Shown: positions 1-12,675 of the stretch, in pieces
Numbering within the stretch: position 1 is the first letter of the stretch
Layout: each line of letters starts with the position of its first letter
Assembly: GCA_951406725.2 (NCBI GenBank)
Contig: OX597821.1
Span: 38,688,001-38,752,000 of the forward strand
DNA length: 64,000 nt
Direction: 5' to 3'
DNA from: Octopus vulgaris
Lineage: Eukaryota
Made by a program: the position numbers and the translations under genes
Notes under the pieces: generated by a model
Told to the model about the DNA's origin: nothing
The model's database searches: none
The model's input: the letters and a program-made list of their open reading frames with translations, nothing else

Positions 1-22
1 AGAGAAAAGTTGTTGATAGGGA

Positions 23-131
23 TGTCAATCATTCTGCTCAAGGTGCAGACAGCTGATCAATAAATCAATGTAAAAATATATTGATGGGTCTTTCTTCTAA
101 ATAATTCACCCCATTTGACATGGCCAATTAA
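23..131. promoter_or_regulatory. Candidate TALE/Hox enhancer-like motif cluster
   Basis: TGTCAATCA (reverse complement TGATTGACA, PBX-MEIS/PREP) at 23-31, CAGCTG at 50-55, ATAAATCA (reverse complement TGATTTAT, PBX-HOX) at 60-67, TGACA at 116 and CAATTA near 125, all in unique sequence. Confidence 0.3.
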
Positions 132-173
132 CTCTCTTTTCACTGAAACATTTCTTTTCATTTACCTTTTCCA

Positions 174-174
174 T

Positions 175-227
<53 letters not shown>

Positions 228-284
228 GCATACATTATCTATATGTATATATAGGTACAAATATGTAAATACACATATGTACAC

Positions 285-326
<42 letters not shown>

Positions 327-390
327 ATGTATCTATATGTATATGAGTGTGTGTGTGTGTGTGTGTGTGTGCGTGTGTGTGCGTGCACAC
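174..390. repeat. Compound (TA)n/(TG)n microsatellite
   Basis: Read directly from the sequence. Confidence 0.95.
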
Positions 391-444
391 AAAGAATGCA
401 TGGCTGACCATTAGGAAATACTACCCTTCTTGAAAAAAGGTGAC

Positions 445-545
445 AGCTGGCAACAAGAAGGGTATCCAGTCATACGAAATCCACCTCAACAAAATTCCAT
501 CTGACCCATGCAAGCATGGAGAAGTGGATGTTTAGAGTGAAGAAG
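445..545 (+). mobile_element. Decayed RTE-type 3' tail fragment
   Basis: aagggtatccag...cccatgcaagcatgg...ggatgttta matches the RTE 3' end seen at 49760-49880. Confidence 0.6.
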
Positions 546-845
546 ATATTAAACATATGACACTGTACTACAACAGTGTTTTCATATAATATAGTGATAT
601 TAAATGTAATTTGCCTTTGTCCATGTGGATAAAAAGTACATTGCTGTCTCATTTTGTTGTTGAACACATTTAACCTGCTAGAAACAGTAGTCAACTCTCA
701 CCTAAATCACACTCTATCATCTCAGAAAAGACATACACATTGGATATTGTGGTTGTGGGTAGACTTTAAAGAGGGAAAAGACAGGGTGGCCATGGCTAGT
801 ATATTTTCGATCATAGGTCGGCTCAGGTTTGTTTTGAATCAGCGA

Positions 846-867
846 CAACAACAACAGCAGCAGCAGC

Positions 868-904
<37 letters not shown>

Positions 905-920
905 GCAGCAGCAGCAGCAA
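846..920. repeat. (CAA/CAG)n trinucleotide repeat
   Basis: Read directly; it is the source of the polyQ and polyL pseudo-ORFs. Confidence 0.95.
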
Positions 921-1084
921 CGACTACATATCTTGCTGTAAACATCAAGAAATATTGTAATTTAACAAAAATATAGAATTTAAAACAAAATATTAAATTA
1001 AAGTTTTAAAAATATAGAATTAAGAAAAAAATCTATGAAAAATTATTTAATATGTTTGAGTAATGGCTACTGAATATTCTCAAC

Positions 1085-1259
1085 TTAGGAAGGGCATCCA
1101 GCCGTAGATTGGCATTAGGAAGGGCATCCAGCCGTAGAAACATTGCCAGATCAAACTGGGCCTGGTGCAGCCTTCTGGCTTCCCAGACCCCAGTTGAACC
1201 ATCCAACCCATGCTAGCATGGAAAGCGGACGCTAAACGATGATGATGATGATGATGATG
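1085..1259 (+). mobile_element. RTE LINE 3' end with (GAT)n tail
   Basis: ttaggaagggcatccagccgtaga (duplicated), ccatgctagcatgg palindrome and (GAT)n tail; homologous to 49757-49925. Confidence 0.85.
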
Positions 1260-1274
1260 TATCTTTATCTATCT

Positions 1275-1465
1275 TTTATATTTTACTTGCTTCAGTCATT
1301 AGAATGCGGCCAAGCTGGAGCGTCACCTTGAAGAATTTTAGTCGAACGACTTGACCCCAGGATTTATTGTTTTAAAAACTGGTTCTTATTCTATTGGTCA
1401 CTTTTGCTATGTTACAGGGGGATATAAACGTATCAATGCTGGTAGTAAAGCAGTGTTAGGGGCCA
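1275..1465 (-). mobile_element. SINE family A, 3' half
   Basis: Similar to 62500-62690 and 59505-59690. Confidence 0.7.
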
Positions 1466-1564
1466 AACACACGCACACACACACAGGCACACACACATAT
1501 ACACACACATATATGTACACAACACACACACATGCATATGAATATATATATATATACTATCCAA

Positions 1565-1871
1565 AATGGGGCCAATGCCAATACCCCCTGACTGGCTCCC
1601 ATGATGGTGGCACATAAAAAGCACTATCCGAATGTGGTCGATGCCAGGCCTGCCTGACTGGCTCCTGTGCTGGTGGCATGTAAAAAAGCACCCACCACAT
1701 TCTTTGAGTGGTTGGCATTAGGAAGGGCATCCAGCCGTAGAAACATTGCCAAATCAGATTGGAGCCTGGTGCAGCCTCCCAGCTTGCCAGTTCTCAGTCA
1801 ACCTGTCCAACCCATGTCAGCATGGAAAATGGACGTTAAATGATGATGATGATGATGACGATGATGATGAT
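1565..1871 (+). mobile_element. RTE LINE 3' UTR with (GAT)n tail
   Basis: Two ggtggcacataaaaagcac units, the conserved 3' block and a (GAT)n tail. Confidence 0.85.
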
Positions 1872-2638
1872 GGACTTTTTTCAGTTTCTGTCTAAAAAAT
1901 CCACTCATAATGCTTCTTACCACACAACCATGCTAGTACCTAAGGACAAGATTTGCTATAAATATCCCTGTAAAAAATGGGTTCGCTTGGAAGATTATCA
2001 AATGTGAGTCTTAATGTACTAAAATATAAAAACAACTCAACTCTATGGAGACAATTTAAAGAAATAGTCTTTAATATTTACACAGATATGGTTGGTTAAA
2101 CAAATAGAAAATGAAGTTTTTAAAGTGGAATGCAACAGACAATGAATCTAGTATGTTGTCTTATAACTAAACATTACTTTTTAATTAGATGTTACAGGCC
2201 ACACCATTGAAAACTGTTAATGCAATGTTAGAGACAACAGATACAAGATTGTTAACATTCCTAGAGCTAATGCGCCAAAGCCAAATTCTTGACATAGCCC
2301 AAATCTTTCACACTTTTCATGTTATAAGAATAAAATGATTCTCACTATTTTGGTGCGTAGCGTTTATTCACCCAGGGATTTTAAGCTGAAGTTAATCTCT
2401 AGGATATTATTTGTCTCGTCATTTTGTGTCTGTTTGTGTACCAGTGAAAGAATTTCCTCTCCCCTCTCCCTCCTTCTATATCATCATCATCATCATCATC
2501 ATCATTCAACTACTCACTCCCCAATAATAGTCATCTGTTAGAGTTTAGCATTTTTTCCCATTCAATATGAATGACATTGTTTACAGCAGTATTTTCAGGT
2601 AACATACTAACATTTAATAATAACAGTAATCTCATTTT

Positions 2639-3057
2639 GTGTGTGTGCATGTGTATATGTATGTGTGGGTGCTACTGTGTGTGTGTACTTGTGTGTGTAT
2701 GTGTGTTCGTGTGTGTTTGTATGTGTGTGTATGTATGTGTGTGTATATGTTTGTATGTGTGGGTGCTACTGTGCATGTGGGTGCTACTGTGCATGTGTGT
2801 GTGTGTTCATGTGTGTTTGTATTTGTGTTCGTGTGTGTGTGTGCATGTGTATATGTATGTGTGGGTACTCCTCTGTGTGTGTGTTCGTGTGCGTTTGTAT
2901 GTGTGTTCGTGTGTGCTTGTATGTGTTCGTGTGTGTGTGTGTTCGTGTGTGTGTGTGTGTGTGTTCGTGTGTGTGTGTTTGTATGTGTGTTCGTGTGTGT
3001 GTGTGTTTGTGTGTATGTTCGTATGTGTTTGTATGTGTGTTCTTGTGTGTGTGTGTT
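2639..3057. repeat. Complex (GT)n-derived minisatellite
   Basis: GT tract interrupted by recurring tgggtgctact and gttcgt units. Confidence 0.95.
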
Positions 3058-3877
3058 TTTCGGAGATTTATTTTCCTTCTCATGTCTTATCTCGACAGAA
3101 GACATAATCCTTCCTCCCAAATGTTAATTCCCTTTTTCTACTTCTTTCAGACAAATTCTTCAATAACATCTCAACAAAGAACAATACCAATCAAATGCAC
3201 AGTCATTTCTCAAAATAATTTCACTGCCCTGCCTTCTTCTACCTACCAAGTAATATTTACCATCTTAGACTGGTGCAATATTTGTTGTTATCAGTTAATC
3301 TAAGTACGTGAAACAGTGGTCAGAACCTTTCTAAGATGTCTTTGACTAAAAGTTAAAGATATTTAAGAGAGTTTAGTATAGTTAATATAGTTAGAAGATG
3401 CATGAGGAACTAGGAGCAGGTTTGAAATAACAAAAATGGTCGCTTCTAGAAAGAATGGCTCTCTTCTTTCTATACAAGTGGAAGGAGAGAAGCACACCTT
3501 AAGATGCTCACAGGTGTTCTTAGATCAATGAGGTTGGTGTGACTGATGCATAACCTGAATCTGTGCAGGTCCATGTTAGCAAGAGAATATGGGCTGGGGA
3601 TATGTTTAGCACCAACTCTTAGATTAAAATAAAATGATGTTGTAGACTTATTCCCTTACCCCAGTTTATTAACAGCCCCTCCTCTACTTCAGGTTTGCAT
3701 GCTTTTAGTTGAGGCAATTTTGTTGCAATCATTCAGGTTGGATATCTACTCGGAAGCTACTTTCAAACATAGCTTCCTATTGCTGCAAACTATGAAATGT
3801 AGATTCTTCTTTACCATTCTTCTGAAGAACCTGAAAATGACTCGGGTATTACCATTCCTTCTCTTATGAAGCAATGA

Positions 3878-4186
3878 ATCATCATCATCATCATCATCGT
3901 CGTCGTCGTTTAACGTCCGTTTTCCATGCTGGCATGGGTTGGATGATTTGACTGAGATCTGGCGAACCAGATGGCCACACCAGACTCGAATCTGATCTGG
4001 CAGAGTTTCTACAGCTGGATGCCCTTCCTAATGCCAACCATTTCGAGAGTGTAGTGGGTGCTTTTACGTGCCGCCGGCACAGGGGCCAATCAGGCGGTAC
4101 TGGCAGCGGCCACGCTCAAATTGTGCTTTTTATGTGCCACCTGCACAGGAGCCAGTCCAGCGGCACTGGCAACGACCTCGCTCGAA
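3878..4186 (-). mobile_element. RTE LINE 3' UTR (minus)
   Basis: (ATC)n then tttaacgtccgttttccatgctggcatgg, the reverse complement of the RTE tail. Confidence 0.85.
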
Positions 4187-4821
4187 TAGAGCAACCAGAA
4201 AAAGAGGTCAGCACCAAACTGCTGAGAGTGAGACAGTTGCTGCTTGCTTTGAAATATTTTAGATCAATGTCTGCAGAGATAAATCATGAACTGAAAGGAA
4301 ACTTTAGGGAATGGAACAGCAAGGAAAAAGAAAGGTTAAGGTCAATGGGTGAGTAGCAGAGTGGGGGGGGGACTAGGAAGGGAAGAAAAACATATGAACT
4401 GATTGTTATTGTTGTCTAATCATTAGTCAAATGTCATCAAATAAATCTGTGAATGACTGAGATTACTGTACATTATTCATCATGCCTCTCCCTGCTTAAG
4501 GCAGTAAGGTTTGCTGCTATTTCTGGCTAGTTGAGAAACCACATACAGGTTCCAAGTTGAGTGGTGGCCATAGGAAACTTGTTTGATGAAAGAAAATGAA
4601 TTTGTTGCCATAGAAAGAGGCCAAGAGAAAATAAAGCACAGATGTGGGTGAATGAAAATGTTTTTATCAATTTGATGAATGGCCTGCATTTCTTTGAAGT
4701 CCGTTTGTGTAACATCTGTATTGTCTGCCATGTATCAGCAGTATATATGAGCTTTTTAATCTTGTGTTTTTTGATAGTCAGCACCTGATAAACTGTGCCA
4801 TCAACAGAGGAGGTGTGTGCA

Positions 4822-4868
<47 letters not shown>

Positions 4869-4964
4869 GAGGTTAGAGTAACAGCAAGATGATCATTAAA
4901 GAAAAGTGTGAGAGACAACCAAACTTTGGTGTGTCTTAGAATTGATAGAATGTTATTTGGAACG

Positions 4965-5011
<47 letters not shown>

Positions 5012-5032
5012 GATAATAATAATAAATAAATA

Positions 5033-5278
5033 AATGCGCCCTTTTAAAGCCTAGCCAGGCTCATGGGCCCGGTTTCCCAGTTTCTATGGTGTATGTGTTC
5101 CCCAGCTGGACGGGACGCCAGTCCATCGCAGTGTTACTCCTTTTTGCCAACTGAGTGGACTGGAGCAACATGAAATGAAGTGTTTTGCTCAAGAACACAA
5201 CGCGTCACCCAGTCCAGGAATTGAAACCACAATCTTACGATCATGATGCTAACACCCTAACCACTAAGCCACATGCCT
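5033..5278 (-). mobile_element. tRNA-derived SINE family B
   Basis: Minus-strand head ggcatgtggcttagtggttagggtg (A box) and gtttcaattcc (B box); homologues at about 12.5, 18.7 and 42.2 kb. Confidence 0.85.
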
Positions 5279-5389
5279 ACACACACACACACATACACAC
5301 ACACATACACACACACATATAAGTATATATATATATATATATATACAGAGAGAGAGAGAGAGTGAGAGAGAGAGAGAGCTCAGTCAGTT

Positions 5390-5960
5390 TACATACCCAA
5401 CAATGATGAGTTCTGGTAGGAAACATGTGTTCCAAGAGAAAAAATGGGAATGGAATCCATTGGCAGGTGACAGCTAGAAGGCTTTTTTATCCCAAACACA
5501 GATTGAAGCTGAGCAGATACCAGGGGCAACAATCTTAACTTAAGTTTTGACAGGTAAAAGACATTTGTGTTAATGCAGGAGAGCAAGGTATTTGGAGATT
5601 TGACTTTACCGAAATGAGAAGATATGGTTGAAGAGAGTTTGTATTCTATTGGCAATTTTGTGTATAGACATGTCTCTTTGTTTTTTAAAAGTTTGCTTTG
5701 CAGCCATGTATTTCCTAGTTTAATCATACTGCATGGCACCTTGGACAAGAACTTTTCTGGTTTCTGTTATGGCTTCATGTTCACCAGCGCAATGTGGGGA
5801 ATATAATTTGGTTGACAGAAGCTGTGTGTCACTCCGTCATGTGTATAGGTATATTCTGGCACACAGACGCAGGAATGTTTAGAAGTGTAAGATTATGCCG
5901 AGGCTGTAGTGATGAAACCTACACGAACCAGTGAGAAAATTGCAGATAAATTAGTGCATT
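5390..5960 (-). pseudogene. Decayed CR1/Jockey-like LINE ORF2 linker fragment
   Basis: The 119-aa minus ORF loosely resembles an endonuclease-to-RT linker; no catalytic motif is visible. Confidence 0.3.
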
Positions 5961-6094
5961 GAACAAAAATACCTTTGTGGTGTTTATTTCACCTGAGTTG
6001 CACAGACCCTCTCTCATAACTCTCACTCTCAGAAATTCTGTAGAACCAATGATTGGTCCATTGAAAAACTACAGCTTATGCTGCTTTTGTAACA

Positions 6095-6272
6095 CCCTCC
6101 TCCTCCTCCTCCTCATCATCATCATCATCATCATCATTATCATCATCACCACCACCACTACCACCATTGTCGACCGCATCATCATTATCGTTGTCATGGT
6201 TGTCATCATCACCGTCACTATCATCATCATCAACATCATCGTCATTATCGTCATCGTAACTATCAACATCAT
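6095..6272. repeat. Degenerate (CCT)/(CAT)/(CAC) trinucleotide tract
   Basis: Read directly from the sequence. Confidence 0.9.
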
Positions 6273-6800
6273 TTATACAAAATATCTAAAATAAACCTAA
6301 CTTTGGGAAGTTAAAAGCAACCGAATGCAGGGCACACAGCATGATGACATGTTCCAAGTGATTAATGTTGTTGAAGAAAAGCTTGTCAATCATGGAAACA
6401 GTTTTTTTTTATGAAATGCCATTCTGAATGTGAATGGCACATCTTAAATAGCTTCCTGGTGTGTAAGCATTTTTCTGCAGTCCAATGATTGAAACAAGTA
6501 AAAGCATAACAGAACACACACACACATGCATACACACACTGATACACTCACAAACATACACACACATCACGCACACACACACACGCATTAGTTTATTAAT
6601 AGTGACTATATATCTGCATATGGTTATATTACATAGTAAAGTGCAACATGAAAAATTGACACTAAAGGAACATCAGGAATTTAGGTGACAGACTTAACCT
6701 CCACAAAAGTGTCAACTAATGAAATCAGTCTACCTGATTTAGTTTATGATAACAGTGGCTTTCGATAAGATTTCACAACGACAGTTCCTAGAAGACAAGT

Positions 6801-6845
6801 GATTGTTTATGAGAATATAATTATTCTTGAAACAGCTGTAGAATC
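6801..6845 (+). ncRNA. Decayed minimal hammerhead ribozyme motif
   Basis: gattg-TTTATGA-gaata(taat)tattc-tt-GAAAC-agct-GTA-gaatc. Stem II, palindromic stem III and stem I are present; the core has 2 substitutions. Confidence 0.45.
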
Positions 6846-8010
6846 TTTCCTACTTTTCATTAGAATTCCATGTCATCTGGTTTGGCTAAAATGCAAATCT
6901 GCTGACAAGAACTCTAACACATTATAATAATGAAATTCTGGCTGTAAAATCTGAATAAATAAAATCTGCTTCTTGTGTAAAGAGACACTGCACAAATCAA
7001 CACCATTCCATATCCTGAACATGAGGCTGAGATAGGCAGGAAACGTTAGAGAAAGGTGGATTTGGGAACTTTATTGTTTCAAACAAACTACAAGGGTCTA
7101 ATATGCAGAAATGGAAAAATATCTAAAAAAAAAAATAGTCCTGCTTCATATAGATATGGAAAATTTCATAAAAGAAACATATATGTGTGTGTATATATGA
7201 GTGTGTGCGTGTGTACCCTCTAATTTCCATCGACTAAATTGTATCACAAGGCATTGGATGACCCAGAGCCATAGTAGAAGCACTTACCCAACATGCTGTG
7301 CAGTCAGACTAATCCTGAGACCAAAAGGTTGTCAAATTCTTAGCCACACAACCAAGACTGTGTCAACACACACACAGAAATTCACACATACACACAAATA
7401 CACACATGTACACACATATACACACATGTACACACATATGCACACAAACATATATATATCAAAAGATATAGGTATGCATATGCATATTAATGCAAGTAGA
7501 TCAATTCCTTTATAACAAAAGCTCTATAATCAATAATGTTTTTTTTATATATTTTTATTTTCTTGTTACAATGTTTACATTATAGAATTGCGAGGTTAGA
7601 ATTTTGCCGTCTCTCTTGTTTCTAAATGTTAGCTGTTCAATCAATAATGCCTGCTCCCTTATTTCTTCTTAACTGCAAAATATTGAAGACTTTTAATGCA
7701 GACCAAGTGAACAAGATAAGATTTTTGTCTTAGCTTTTTAAAATTTTTGTTGCAAAACTGTGAAAAGGGGAGAAATATATGCAACAATTTTATGATAAAA
7801 TAAAGAGATATTTGATATTAGATACAACAGTTTCTATATTCTTTTATTGGTTTTTCTAATATTTCCAAAGAACCTTTCTATTTAGGTTGGGTCAAGTGAG
7901 CAGTATCATTTTTCTCTTTTCTTTCAGCAATAAAGTAATAATATTTAAGATTTCTTGCAAGATTTCAAGGTTGCTCAGTTGTTAAACATTTCTGTTGTAA
8001 AGATATATAT

Positions 8011-8400
8011 AGGCACAGGAATGGCTGTGTGGTAAGTAGCTTGCTTACCAACTACATAGTTCCGGGTTCAGTCCAACTGCGTGGCACCTTGAGCAAGTGT
8101 CTTCTACTATAGCCTTGGGCAGACCAAAGCCTTGTGAGTGGATTTGGTAGATGGAAACTAAAAGAAGCCCATTGTATATATATATATATCATCATCATCA
8201 TCATCATTTAGCGTCCGCTTTCCATGCTAGCATGGGTTGGACGGTTCAACTGGGGTCTGGGAGGCCAGAAGGCTGCACCAGGCCCAGTCTGATCTGGCAA
8301 TGTTTCTACGGCTGGATGCCCTTCCTAACGCCAACCACTCCGTGAGTGTAGTGAGTGCTTTTTATGTGCCAGACGAGGCTGGCAAACGGCCATACTTTAA

Positions 8401-8455
<55 letters not shown>

Positions 8456-8620
8456 TGTGTGTCTATATTTGTGCCCCCCACCAATGTCGGTGTGTTTACG
8501 TCCTGGTAACTTAGTGGTTTGGCAAATAGAATAAGTACTAGGCTTACAAAGAATAAGTCCTGGGGTCAATTTGTTCAACTAAAGGCGGTGCTCCAAAATG
8601 GCTGAAACAAATAAAAGAAA
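8011..8620 (+). mobile_element. tRNA-derived CORE-like SINE family A with nested RTE end
   Basis: Head ggaatggctgtgtggtaag...gggttcagtcc, ggcaccttgagcaag block, internal (TA)n interrupted by an RTE 3' end, then the 3' half at 8450-8620. Confidence 0.85.
8188..8392 (-). mobile_element. RTE LINE 3' end nested in SINE
   Basis: (ATC)n plus ccatgctagcatgg and ggatgcccttcctaacgccaaccactc. Confidence 0.85.
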
Positions 8621-9242
8621 AGAATGTATGTGTGTGTGTGTATGATAGGTTTCTTTCAGTCTCTGTTTACTAAATCCACTCACAACGCTTTGGTTAACTC
8701 AAGGCTGTAGTAGAAGACACTTGCCAAGGTGCCATATCCATGTATATATATAAAAATATGTATTATTGAATGTTTGTGATTACAGATGAAAAATGATGAA
8801 CTCAGAACCTGATGTTTCTGATCTTTACACTGTTTTAGAAGCTGAAATTTCCTTGAATCATTGCTTTGAGTTTCAAGTTACCAATTAATAAACAATTGAA
8901 GGAGTAGCATGACAATATCTAAACTAAAATATTAATAAACACATCATAGAATCTTTAAGATTTGATTGGTTTCCAAAACAAAAAAAGCAACAAAAAATAA
9001 AATCAACAACAAACAAAGAAACAACAACAAAATATACCATTAGCAATGCATCACATATTCATCTATTTAACCATCATACATAGATTAAAAAAGCATTTTT
9101 GTCTATTCACAGGAAAAAGGCATAGTATTTTAATGTTTTCATATTTTATCATTTATACAGTTTTAATGTTAATGAATGGATGATTGTTTTATAGTTTTAT
9201 TCTTGAAAAGATTTACAAAACATTCAACAGACAAAGACTTAA

Positions 9243-9319
9243 TTTCCCACACTGTCACCATCTTCCCACACTGTCACCATAATTCCACCACTGTCACCAT
9301 TCTGGAGAAAACGGGTTAA
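9243..9319. mobile_element. piggyBac-like terminus with subterminal repeats
   Basis: Three cactgtcaccat units followed by ...aacgggTTAA. Confidence 0.4.
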
Positions 9320-9783
9320 GGATGGTGCTCATGTATTTGAAAAAGTTGTATTCCCCATGTAGAATATAGATAATGTGTTTGAAAACAAACATATCATTTT
9401 GGAAACTGTATCCTAGAAATCAAATTTTGTCTGTGATATTTATGAGTCTTGATGTTGTTTCAAAATTTGGTTCACATGTAGAGAATGAAATCTTCAGGTC
9501 AAGCAAAATATTGACGACAATGTGTTCATCATAAAAGATTAGATAAAAAGTAGTTGATGTAGCAAGTTTTGCAAAAAATGATCGTTGTCTAAAAAGTGAT
9601 AGTGCTGAAGGACATGCGCACAGCTTTGTGAGGCCTGCCTGAAGACACATAGGATCCTAGCAGACTTAAAGAGCCACTATCGAAAGCACAATTCTTTTAA
9701 TAATCAATGATTGTCTTCCTTAGATACAAATTGAAATTCACCATACATATGTGTGTGTGTGTGTGAGTGTGTGTGTCAATATG

Positions 9784-10080
9784 CATCATCATCATCGTTT
9801 AACGTCCGTTTTCCATGCTAGCATGGGTTGGACGGTTCGACCGGGGTCTGGGAAACCAGAAGGCTGCAGCAGGCTCCAGTTTGATCTGGCAGTGTTTCTA
9901 CAGCTGGATGCCCTTCCTAACGCCAACCACTCCATGAGTTTAGTGGGTGCTTTTTTACATGCCACCGGCACAGGTGCCAGGCGAGGCTGGCAATGGCCAT
10001 GATTGGTTGGTGCTGTTTACATGCCACCGGCATGGAAGCCAGTCAAGGTGGCATTGGCATCGGCCATGTTCGGATGGTGC
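9784..10080 (-). mobile_element. RTE LINE 3' UTR (minus)
   Basis: Homologous to 45725-45998 and to the 49.5-49.9 kb region. Confidence 0.85.
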
Positions 10081-11876
10081 ATATATATATATATATGCAC
10101 TTGTGTTTGTATATGTGCTTATTTACATATGTATGTATGTATGTTATGTGTATTTGTGCGTGTATGTATTCATGTATGTTCCTGTATGTGTATGTGCAAG
10201 CATCAGCAATGAAGATCAAGTATTAATCAATATTATCGTAGTTGTAAACCAAACAAAAACTGTGAAATTGTTCAATCAGTGTCATTGCAGCATGAATATG
10301 AGAGACGAGAGCCTACAATTAGCTGGGTGAGTCAGAAAGCATAACCAAAACAATAAACAAACAAACAAAAAAAGCAAACAGCCAGAACAGTCAACATCAA
10401 GCAAGAAATAATTACTACAATCATTGTAAGACACAAAGTGATATCCATTTTCCAAAGAATACATTGAAAAGAAGCCATTCCTTCAGAACACAATGAAACA
10501 AAACAAAGGTTAAGATACGTAACAATTATACAAATTCTTTCTCTCTAGCTGAAAATATTAAAAAAAGAAAGAAAAACCTAAAAAAAAAACCAAAATGAAT
10601 GTTCACCATGTATTAATTGATTGTTGACCATCAGAGACTAGTCATTGTAAATTATTTTTTTAAAGAAGGTTGTTTATGGTTTCCACCAAGAGAAACTTAT
10701 TCTATTTCTACTGTTTTTTTAATTTTTTATTTTTGCCTCCTTTTATAATTCCAAAATCTTTTTGCATTGTTATCTATGGGTTGGAAACCATAGCTACTAC
10801 TATGTTAAATGCGAACAAATATATATCTCAGGCCATATCCAAAGATGGAATTGAAGTTGGTATTGAAATACATTGAAACAGTAGTGTTACTGTTTCTCTT
10901 AGTCACAGCAGAGAATAGATTTCCTCTTCTCATACTTTCTGATACTTTCAATCGGGTGGAATGAGTTTTGACATGTCATAAAAATTGTTACTGAACAGAC
11001 TACCACTAGCATGATATGAACCACTGACCTCTCAATTGATTGTCTCTTACCTGATTTACTTGACCATTGTTTATTAACCAAAAGAATAAATCTCCTATTC
11101 TTTGGCATCTTCACAGCCTGATGGAACCTATATGCCCCCAAAACTATGACTGATAGTAGGGGACAATATGATGGCTCAGCTTATAGTACACTATTAGGAT
11201 ATAAGTTTATAAAACTGGACTTTATTTCCACCACAAATATGTCATTGACTATTATGTTAATAATACATCATTTAATTTAACCATTATGTTAACTATTACT
11301 GTTTGGTGATAAGAACCACTACACCTGGAAATGTTGATCATGAGTGGCACCATTAGTTTCCATTTTTCTTTCAATCTATTTCATAATATGAATCAAGAAT
11401 TCAGCATTAGCTTCAGGTTATTACGAGCAATGTTCTGTCGATATCATTAAAAAGGATTTAAAATTTGTATTTAATTCTTGCGAATCCTTCATCAATTCCA
11501 ATGATGATAATTTCTCTTGTTATTTTTTGAACAACGAATGACACCTGACCATGGCACCGAGTCAGAGTTGGTAGAAGTTTGTCTTGGATCATGAATAATG
11601 TTTGGTGCCACTGACAGGACACAGGATTATTTAGTTTTAAATAAAATAATTTTGTTTTGGAGAATAGACAAATAAATCTTTTGGACATTTGCTGATAGTG
11701 CTGAGACACTGTTTAAACATGGATTGCCTTGAACAACACTTTAACTTTTACTAAGCATTTCAAAAACTGTTTGTTGGGATTTCTATATTTTGAATATCAA
11801 GACATTAAGAATCTACAAAAATAGTTATTGATACATTTATTTATACTAAAGTATATATATATATATATATATATAT

Positions 11877-12172
11877 CACTGTGACCGACTAGGCTATCAG
11901 ATGTTGCTACACATCGCTGGTCACAATGCACTTTGCATTGTTTTAGCCTTCAAATGGCGCCATAGCGCTGGCTAAGCGAGCAGGCCAACAGAAGAAAGAG
12001 TGAGAGAAAGTTGTGGTGAAAGAGTACAGCAGGGATCGCCACCCCCTGCCAGAGCCTCGTGGAGCTTTAGGTATTTTTGGTCAATAAATATTCACAATGC
12101 TTGGTCTGGGAATTGAAACCGCGATCCTATGACCGTGAGTCTGCTGCCCTAACCACTGAGCCATTGTGTCTC
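11877..12172 (-). mobile_element. tRNA-derived SINE (family B-type head, distinct body) between (TA)n tracts
   Basis: Minus head tggctcagtggttagggc...gtttcaattccc; CpG-rich body. Confidence 0.75.
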
Positions 12173-12175
12173 CAC

Positions 12176-12202
12176 ATATATATATATATATACATATATA
12201 TA

Positions 12203-12240
<38 letters not shown>

Positions 12241-12322
12241 TATATATATATATATGCATATATATATATGTATATATGTATATGTATATATATATATGTA
12301 TATATATACATGTATATATATA

Positions 12323-12355
<33 letters not shown>

Positions 12356-12356
12356 T
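12176..12356. repeat. Long interrupted (TA)n microsatellite
   Basis: Read directly from the sequence. Confidence 0.95.
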
Positions 12357-12364
12357 TATATGCT

Positions 12365-12675
12365 GGACTCTGCCATCAAAGATGATGTATGAGCATTCAG
12401 CTTTTGCTGAATGAGCTGCACAAATGATTTATTTATTGTGATCAATTGTTTGTGTTGCACATTAGCTCACTCTCCCCACCAAATTGACGTTGTCTGAACA
12501 GGTTCATGGTGTACCACGTGTCAGGTGTGAAAGGGATCACAGAGCATGATCACAGTAATCATAGTGACATGAAGTGTTTTGCTGAAGAATACAACACACC
12601 ACTCGGCCTAAGAAATGAAATCACAATCCAGCATTTGTGAGGGCAACACCCTAACCATTAAGTCATGCACCCTCA
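12365..12675 (-). mobile_element. Diverged SINE family B
   Basis: tgaagtgttttgctgaagaatacaac...accctaaccattaagtcatg similar to 5175-5278. Confidence 0.65.

Noticed and set aside
654-941. PolyQ ORF (and many YIYI, CVCV, HTHT, polyI and polyN ORFs elsewhere)
   Set aside because: They are translations of microsatellites, with no domain or splice support.
2571-3303. Longest ORFs in the window (160-220 aa, Cys/Val-rich)
   Set aside because: Open in multiple frames on both strands because the (GT)n tract lacks stop codons.
9243-9300. CRISPR-like array
   Set aside because: Three short tandem units without unique spacers in eukaryotic DNA; better explained as transposon subterminal repeats.
10291-10332. 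36-nt microexon candidate (HEYERREPTISW followed by GTGAGT)
   Set aside because: Weak pyrimidine tract and no linked exons; expected by chance.
10880-11800. Possible Gypsy integrase relic on the minus strand
   Set aside because: Only a vague resemblance to the P.SNG.AER segment with many stops; not supportable.
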